Assembly (NCBI GenBank): GCA_902537615.1
Contig: CACBBU010000005.1
Location: 16,581 to 80,580 of the forward strand
Source: an uncultured Alphaproteobacteria bacterium
GTDB taxonomy: Bacteria; Pseudomonadota; Alphaproteobacteria; Methylaequorales; Methylaequoraceae
Length of the DNA: 64,000 nucleotides
Direction of reading: 5' to 3'
Numbering within the stretch: position 1 is the first letter of the stretch; the number at the start of each line of letters is the position of its first letter. Below, in pieces: positions 58,905 to 64,000 of this stretch. Position numbers and translations under genes: made by a program. The notes under the pieces were generated by a model. The model ran no database searches. It was not told the DNA's origin and saw only the letters and a list, made by a program, of their open reading frames with translations.

Positions 58905-59252
58905 ATGAAAATATTTTATAAAGCTTTAATTTTATCTTTTTTATTCCTTCAAGTTCAAGCAGAGGAATTCGTTTATGGACTCGGGGATGTTCCAATTTTT
59001 AAAGATATGAAAAGTATTGAAGACTCCTATATCCTTTTTGATAAGGTTGACGGCAGGTATTTATACTCGGAAATTAAAGGTGACTACGAGATTTTAGAAA
59101 TACAGGCGTATTATAAAAAAGTTTTACCAAATCTTGGTTGGAAATTACTTGAAAAAAACTCCTTTGTAAGGGGAGATGAGATATTAGAAATTCAATACCT
59201 TTTAGATAATTCAAAAACTAAAGTAATCTTTAGCATTTCACCAAAAAAATAA
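58905..59252 (+). CDS. Hypothetical exported protein
   Basis: Signal peptide; FD...GR and YY..VLPNLGW pattern. Confidence 0.65.
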   Translation: MKIFYKALILSFLFLQVQAEEFVYGLGDVPIFKDMKSIEDSYILFDKVDGRYLYSEIKGDYEILEIQAYYKKVLPNLGWKLLEKNSFVRGDEILEIQYLLDNSKTKVIFSISPKK

Positions 59253-59263
59253 TTAAAATAACC

Positions 59264-59292
59264 TTGACCCACTTTCGTTAGGACAGTATAAA
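59264..59292 (+). promoter_or_regulatory. Sigma70 promoter of rpsT, 8 nt before the ATG
   Basis: TTGACC-17-TATAAA. Confidence 0.65.
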
Positions 59293-59300
59293 ACCTGATT

Positions 59301-59567
59301 ATGGCAAATATTAAATCAGCAAAAAAGAGAATTTTGCAAAATAAAAAGCGCGGTGAAATTAATAAATTCAGGCTTTCTAGAATCAAAACTGGTATTAAAA
59401 ACTTTGAATCCACAATTTCAGGTGATAAAAAAGTAACTGTTAAGGAAAACTTTCTAAAATTAGAAGCAGAATTATCTAGAGCTGCTGGAAAAGGTTTTTT
59501 AAAGAAAAATACAGCATCAAGAATTGTTTCAAGACTGTCTAAAAGGCTAAAATCTAACCCAAAATAA
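59301..59567 (+). CDS. rpsT: 30S ribosomal protein S20
   Basis: MANIKSAKKR and KNTASR motifs. Confidence 0.95.
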   Translation: MANIKSAKKRILQNKKRGEINKFRLSRIKTGIKNFESTISGDKKVTVKENFLKLEAELSRAAGKGFLKKNTASRIVSRLSKRLKSNPK

Positions 59568-59637
59568 ATTATTTTTTGTTTCTGTTGATTCAGATATTGT
59601 TATTAGCTAATCTTAAGTCTTTTTGTAGGAAATTATT

Positions 59638-60060
59638 ATGGATTTAGATTATGCAGGTGATCTCTCACCTAATGAAGCTTGGGATAAAATCAAAGATGAT
59701 TCAGACTGCTATTTAGTTGATTGTCGGACTTCTGCTGAGTGGTCTCTGGTGGGCGTTCCAGATCTAGATTCCTTAGGAAAAAAGGTTATTTTTTTAGAAT
59801 GGCAAACTTTTCCCTCAATGGAAAAAAACACTAGATTTCTTCAAGAAATAAGCGAAACCGATATTAAAAAAAATTCAAAAATCATTTTCCTATGTAGATC
59901 AGGGGCTCGATCAAGATCTGCAGCAGAATTCTTAACTTCTCAAGGCTATCAGAATTGTTTTAATTGTTCTGAGGGCTTTGAAGGTTCTCATGATAACTTT
60001 GGTCATAGAAGCAGTGTGAACGGCTGGAAATTTCATAATCTTCCATGGAAGCAGGGATAG
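59638..60060 (+). CDS. Rhodanese-like domain protein
   Basis: YAGD, DCRT.AEW..VGVP, LCRSGARS and GW...LPW.Q motifs. Confidence 0.9.
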   Translation: MDLDYAGDLSPNEAWDKIKDDSDCYLVDCRTSAEWSLVGVPDLDSLGKKVIFLEWQTFPSMEKNTRFLQEISETDIKKNSKIIFLCRSGARSRSAAEFLTSQGYQNCFNCSEGFEGSHDNFGHRSSVNGWKFHNLPWKQG

Positions 60061-60066
60061 TCAATA

Positions 60067-61452
60067 ATGAAGATGAAACCTCAAGACAAAAACCTTGTGG
60101 AAATACAAGCTCAATGGGTTACAGTTCGAGGAAGAATTAGGCAAAAAATTGGAGATGCTCAGTTTAAAAGTTGGATCAAGGTTTTAGTTTTTGAGGATTA
60201 CGACGATCACAAAGTTACTTTAAGCGTCTCAAGTAACTTTATCAGAACAAGGGTTATTGAGCAGTATTTAGATATTATTAAAAGTTATTGGTTAGTAGAA
60301 AATTTAAAAATAAATGATATTCAAATAATTGTTTCTAAGAAAGATTCTAGTAAAGATTCAAAGAAAAGTGTTGGATATTCCCAAAAAAATGAGGCAAAGA
60401 ATTTTAATGATCAGGATGTTTTTAAATCCATAAGTTCTGATCTAGATAGTAGATTTACCTTTTCAAATTTTATTGTAGGTAAACCAAATGAGCTTGCATT
60501 TGCTGCAGCCAGAAGAGTTTCTGAAGCAAAAGATGTTCCTTTCAACCCTTTGTTTTTGTATGGTGGAGTTGGATTAGGTAAAACTCATCTAATGCATGCA
60601 ATAGCTCACGAAATTAAAAAAAGAAACCCTCTAAGAAGAGTGATATATATGTCAGCTGAAAAGTTTATGTATCACTTCATTAAAGCCCTAAGATTCAAGA
60701 ATACAGTGGCTTTTAAAGAACAATTCAGAAATGTTGACGTTCTAATGATTGATGACGTTCAATTTATTTCAGGCAAAGACTCTACCCAAGAAGAATTTTT
60801 TCACACTTTCAATGCGTTAATTGACCAAAATAAACAACTTATAATTTCTGCCGATAAATCACCTCAGGATCTTGAGGGAATTGAAGAGAGAATGAGATCA
60901 AGGTTGGGATGGGGACTAGTTGCAGATATTCATCCTTTAAATTATGAATTAAGACTTGGAATCCTTCAAGCTAAATCAGAAAAATTAACAGCAAAAATTT
61001 CTGAAAATATTCTAGAGTTTTTAGCTCATAAAATTACAACTAATGTAAGGGAGTTGGAAGGAGCCCTAAATAGATTATCAGCATTTTCTTCATTGATTGG
61101 GAGTGAAATTAACTTAGATATGGTTCAGGATTTATTAAAAGATCTTCTTAAATCCTCCCAAAAAAAAGTAAATATTGAAGAAATTCAAAAAAAAGTATCC
61201 CAGCATTTTAATATTAAGATGTCAGATATGAGTTCTGCCAGAAGGTCTAGAACAGTTGCTAGGCCAAGGCAAGTTGCGATGTACTTATCAAAAAATCTAA
61301 CTTCAAGATCATTACCTGAGATTGGGAGAAGATTTGGAAACCGTGACCATACAACCGTTATCCACGCGGTAAGAAAAGTAGAAGAACTTATGAATAAAGA
61401 TGCTTCTTTTGACGAGGATGTTCAATTATTAATAAGAATGCTAGAATCCTAA
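60067..61452 (+). CDS. dnaA: Chromosomal replication initiator DnaA
   Basis: NPLFLYGGVGLGKTHL, IDDVQF and RDHTTV motifs. Confidence 0.98.
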   Translation: MKMKPQDKNLVEIQAQWVTVRGRIRQKIGDAQFKSWIKVLVFEDYDDHKVTLSVSSNFIRTRVIEQYLDIIKSYWLVENLKINDIQIIVSKKDSSKDSKKSVGYSQKNEAKNFNDQDVFKSISSDLDSRFTFSNFIVGKPNELAFAAARRVSEAKDVPFNPLFLYGGVGLGKTHLMHAIAHEIKKRNPLRRVIYMSAEKFMYHFIKALRFKNTVAFKEQFRNVDVLMIDDVQFISGKDSTQEEFFHTFNALIDQNKQLIISADKSPQDLEGIEERMRSRLGWGLVADIHPLNYELRLGILQAKSEKLTAKISENILEFLAHKITTNVRELEGALNRLSAFSSLIGSEINLDMVQDLLKDLLKSSQKKVNIEEIQKKVSQHFNIKMSDMSSARRSRTVARPRQVAMYLSKNLTSRSLPEIGRRFGNRDHTTVIHAVRKVEELMNKDASFDEDVQLLIRMLES

Positions 61453-61465
61453 CCTAAAATAAATT

Positions 61466-62569
61466 ATGGAATTTTCAATTACAAAAAAAAGTTTGCTTGA
61501 TTGTCTTAGTCATTTTCAGAGTGTAGTTGAAAGAAGAAATACTATCCCCATTCTCTCCAACCTAAAAATTAATGCTATAGAAGGTGGTCTAAGTTTGACG
61601 GCCACCGACCTTGCATTGGAGTTATCGGAAAGTTTAACAGCGAACGTTTCATCAACAGGAGGAATCACGATTCCATCACAACTTTTTTTTGAAATTATAA
61701 GGAAAGCCCCTGAGTCATCTCAAATAACTTTAAAGCAAGATGATAAAAGTGGTTCAGTAATTGTGTTTTTTGGAAAGTCAAAGTTTTCACTTCCAATATT
61801 ACCTGTTGAGGACTTTCCAGTTATGGATTCGGATAATCTAGACGCTGAAATTACTTTAAAAGCTACAGAATTAAGAATGCTAATAAATAACTCTAAGTTT
61901 TGTATGGGTCTTGATGAGTCTAGACAATATTTAAATGGTATTTTTCTCCATACTAATGGAGAATTTATTTTAGCCGTTGCAACAGATGGACATAGACTTT
62001 CAAAATGTTCAGTATTAGGAACATTAGATAAAAAGTTTGATGGAATAATTATTCCGAAAAAGTCAGTTTTTGAGATTTCAAAACTGTTAGAAGATTATAA
62101 TGAAAATGTTAAAATAAATTTTTCAAAAACAAGAATTAAATTAACTTTTGGTAATGTAAAATTTGTTTCAAAATTAATCAACGCATCTTTTCCTGATTAT
62201 GAAAGTGTTATACCTAAAGACAATAATCAAACTATGACAGTTGACTGTAAAAGCTTTAGTGAGACAATAGATAGAGTCTCAACTATTTCTGATGATAAGT
62301 TAAGAACAGTAAAGTTCCAAATTTTGAACGGGAGTTGTACGGTTAGTTCATTTGGCAATGATAAATCTATTGGAACAGAAACGTTAAATGTTGATTTCAA
62401 TGGGTCGCAGATTTCAATTAATTTTAACGCAAGATATATTTTAGATGTTTTAGGAATAATAAAAAGCGGGAAGGTGAAATTTCATTTTTCTGAAAAAACA
62501 GCACCTACAATTATTGAAAGTGATTCATTTAAAAATAACGTTTTTTTGATTATGCAAATGAGAGCATAA
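61466..62569 (+). CDS. dnaN: DNA polymerase III beta clamp
   Basis: RNTIPILSN, ATDGHRL and FPDYESVIP motifs. Confidence 0.96.
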   Translation: MEFSITKKSLLDCLSHFQSVVERRNTIPILSNLKINAIEGGLSLTATDLALELSESLTANVSSTGGITIPSQLFFEIIRKAPESSQITLKQDDKSGSVIVFFGKSKFSLPILPVEDFPVMDSDNLDAEITLKATELRMLINNSKFCMGLDESRQYLNGIFLHTNGEFILAVATDGHRLSKCSVLGTLDKKFDGIIIPKKSVFEISKLLEDYNENVKINFSKTRIKLTFGNVKFVSKLINASFPDYESVIPKDNNQTMTVDCKSFSETIDRVSTISDDKLRTVKFQILNGSCTVSSFGNDKSIGTETLNVDFNGSQISINFNARYILDVLGIIKSGKVKFHFSEKTAPTIIESDSFKNNVFLIMQMRA

Positions 62570-62577
62570 TTTCTTTC

Positions 62578-63699
62578 ATGTTTTCTAATGTTAGAATTGA
62601 AAAGTTAATATTAAATAACTACAGAAATCACAAATTTCTTGAACTAGATTTAAAGAAAAATATTATTCTTATATGTGGAAGAAATGGTTCTGGAAAAACT
62701 AATATTTTAGAGTCATTATCACTATTTACATCAAGCAGTGGACTCAAAAAGACAAACTTAATTGAGATTGTTAACAGCAATCTTAAAGGACCTGTTGAAC
62801 TTTTTGGAGTTAATATACTATGTAAAATTAATAATAAAAAAATGAAAATTGGATTAGGTTTAAAAAAGAATGCTAGTGGCTTGAAAAAAATAATAAATTT
62901 AGAGGGCTTGAAAGCCAAAAAAAAAATTGATGAGTATTTTAGTATTTTTTGGATAACCCCTAAAATGACATTTCTCTTTCAGAATAGTAGAGAAGAAAGA
63001 AGAAATTTTATTGACCAGATGATTTGTTCAATTGACTTTTCTTTTAAAAAATTTCTTTCACTCTATGAAAAATATAAAACCGAAAGAATTAGAATATTGA
63101 AAAAGTGGAATGAAGCATCAGAAGAATGGCTTGGTTTAATAGAAAAAAAACTTGCAGGAACTGGAATTATTATTTGTGATGCTAGAAGAAAATTCATTAA
63201 ACAATTAAATTTACATCTTAGCAGCCCAGAAGGTCCATTTGACTCACTAGAAATAGAGTTAAGTGGTGAGTTAGATTCACTTCTTTTAAAAAAGCCAGCA
63301 ATTGAAGTAGAGGATTTTTTTTTAAAAAAACTTAAAGAGAATAGAAAAAAAGACATCTTTACTGGTAAAACAAATTTCAGTGCAAACAAAACAGATTTAA
63401 TTGTTTTGAACAAAACTTATAATAGGGAAGCTAAAAATCATTCTACAGGTGAGCAAAAAGTAATTATTTTTTTAATTATTTTTTCATTTATGAAAATCTT
63501 AAAAAATCAAAAAGACTTAAAGATTCTGTTCTTACTTGATGATGTATTTTCATTTCTTGATAAAAATTTTGTTCTTACAGTCTTAGATCAGCTTAATAAA
63601 TTAAAAATTCAAACTTGGTTAACCGACGTCAGTGGTGATTGGATTATGAAAAAAGAAAGTTTTAAATCAATTATTGATAAGATAAATATTGATGAATAA
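62578..63699 (+). CDS. recF: DNA replication/repair protein RecF
   Basis: GRNGSGKTNILE, STGEQK and LLDD motifs; position after dnaN. Confidence 0.9.
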   Translation: MFSNVRIEKLILNNYRNHKFLELDLKKNIILICGRNGSGKTNILESLSLFTSSSGLKKTNLIEIVNSNLKGPVELFGVNILCKINNKKMKIGLGLKKNASGLKKIINLEGLKAKKKIDEYFSIFWITPKMTFLFQNSREERRNFIDQMICSIDFSFKKFLSLYEKYKTERIRILKKWNEASEEWLGLIEKKLAGTGIIICDARRKFIKQLNLHLSSPEGPFDSLEIELSGELDSLLLKKPAIEVEDFFLKKLKENRKKDIFTGKTNFSANKTDLIVLNKTYNREAKNHSTGEQKVIIFLIIFSFMKILKNQKDLKILFLLDDVFSFLDKNFVLTVLDQLNKLKIQTWLTDVSGDWIMKKESFKSIIDKINIDE

Positions 63700-63753
63700 A
63701 GGTTTAAACTTAATATTAATAAGGTATAATAAACATATTATTAGGTATCAAAT

Positions 63754-64000
63754 TTGGAAGCAAAAAACATTAATCAGAACAGTGTAGATTATGACGCCGA
63801 GTCTATCAAAGTCCTTAAGGGTTTAGATGCGGTTCGAAAAAGACCTGGTATGTATATTGGTGATACTGACGATGGATCAGGTCTCCATCATATGGTTTAT
63901 GAAGTTGTTGATAACTCTATAGACGAGGCACTAGCAGGGTTTTGCAATTCAATTATAGTTAAATTAAATAATGATGACTCTGTTACTGTTATAGATAACG
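63754..64000 (+). CDS. gyrB: DNA gyrase subunit B (5' part, runs off the right edge)
   Basis: Not in the ORF track. TTG start, then [46 protein letters not shown]. Confidence 0.93.
   Translation, partial: MEAKNINQNSVDYDAESIKVLKGLDAVRKRPGMYIGDTDDGSGLHHMVYEVVDNSIDEALAGFCNSIIVKLNNDDSVTVIDN

Noticed and set aside
91-63413. Many 60-125 aa ORFs antisense to or nested in recognised genes (e.g. 995-1366, 10750-11094, 14526-14897, 42285-42650, 51387-51755)
   Set aside because: They overlap well-supported genes and show no recognisable motifs, so I treated them as shadow ORFs.
59568-63753. oriC near dnaA-dnaN-recF-gyrB
   Set aside because: Intergenic gaps are 6-70 bp with no DnaA-box cluster. The one near-match (TTATCCACG, ~61358) is inside dnaA.

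Overview
AT-rich (roughly 28-30% GC by eye), tightly packed chromosomal segment of a streamlined alphaproteobacterium, probably marine. The taxon is inferred from gene order and protein families only. Bases 1-16.5 kb are a phosphate-starvation cluster on the minus strand: phoR, an OprO/P-like porin, plcP, a glycosyltransferase fused to an intact-looking DgkA, ArsJ-type GAPDH-arsJ-ppk1-ppx, and pstSCA. Four transcription units carry recognisable Pho boxes. Inside this cluster is a ~2.1 kb islet with no Pho box (9.25-11.4 kb). It holds a small XRE-HTH gene, an orphan Fae paralogue, a 34%-Lys protein with a related HTH-like head and 21-aa heptad repeats, and two small ORFs, all linked by a shared palindrome, TACGCA-N5-TGCGTA. 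Bases 16.6-64 kb are mostly core genes (mutS, glnD, murJ, trpS, olsBA, miaB-phoH-ybeY-corC-lnt-metK-trmB, nusA-infB-rbfA-truB-rpsO-pnp, coaBC, ubiE/mutM, rpsT, dnaA-dnaN-recF-gyrB). Oddities there are a frameshifted miaB at a G8 tract, a FabX-like flavoprotein where fabI-fabB-fabA often lie, and tandem Fur and Irr boxes before a rubrerythrin operon. I recognised no rRNA, tRNA, CRISPR array, integrase or transposase. All calls come from motif recognition by eye; no database searches were run.
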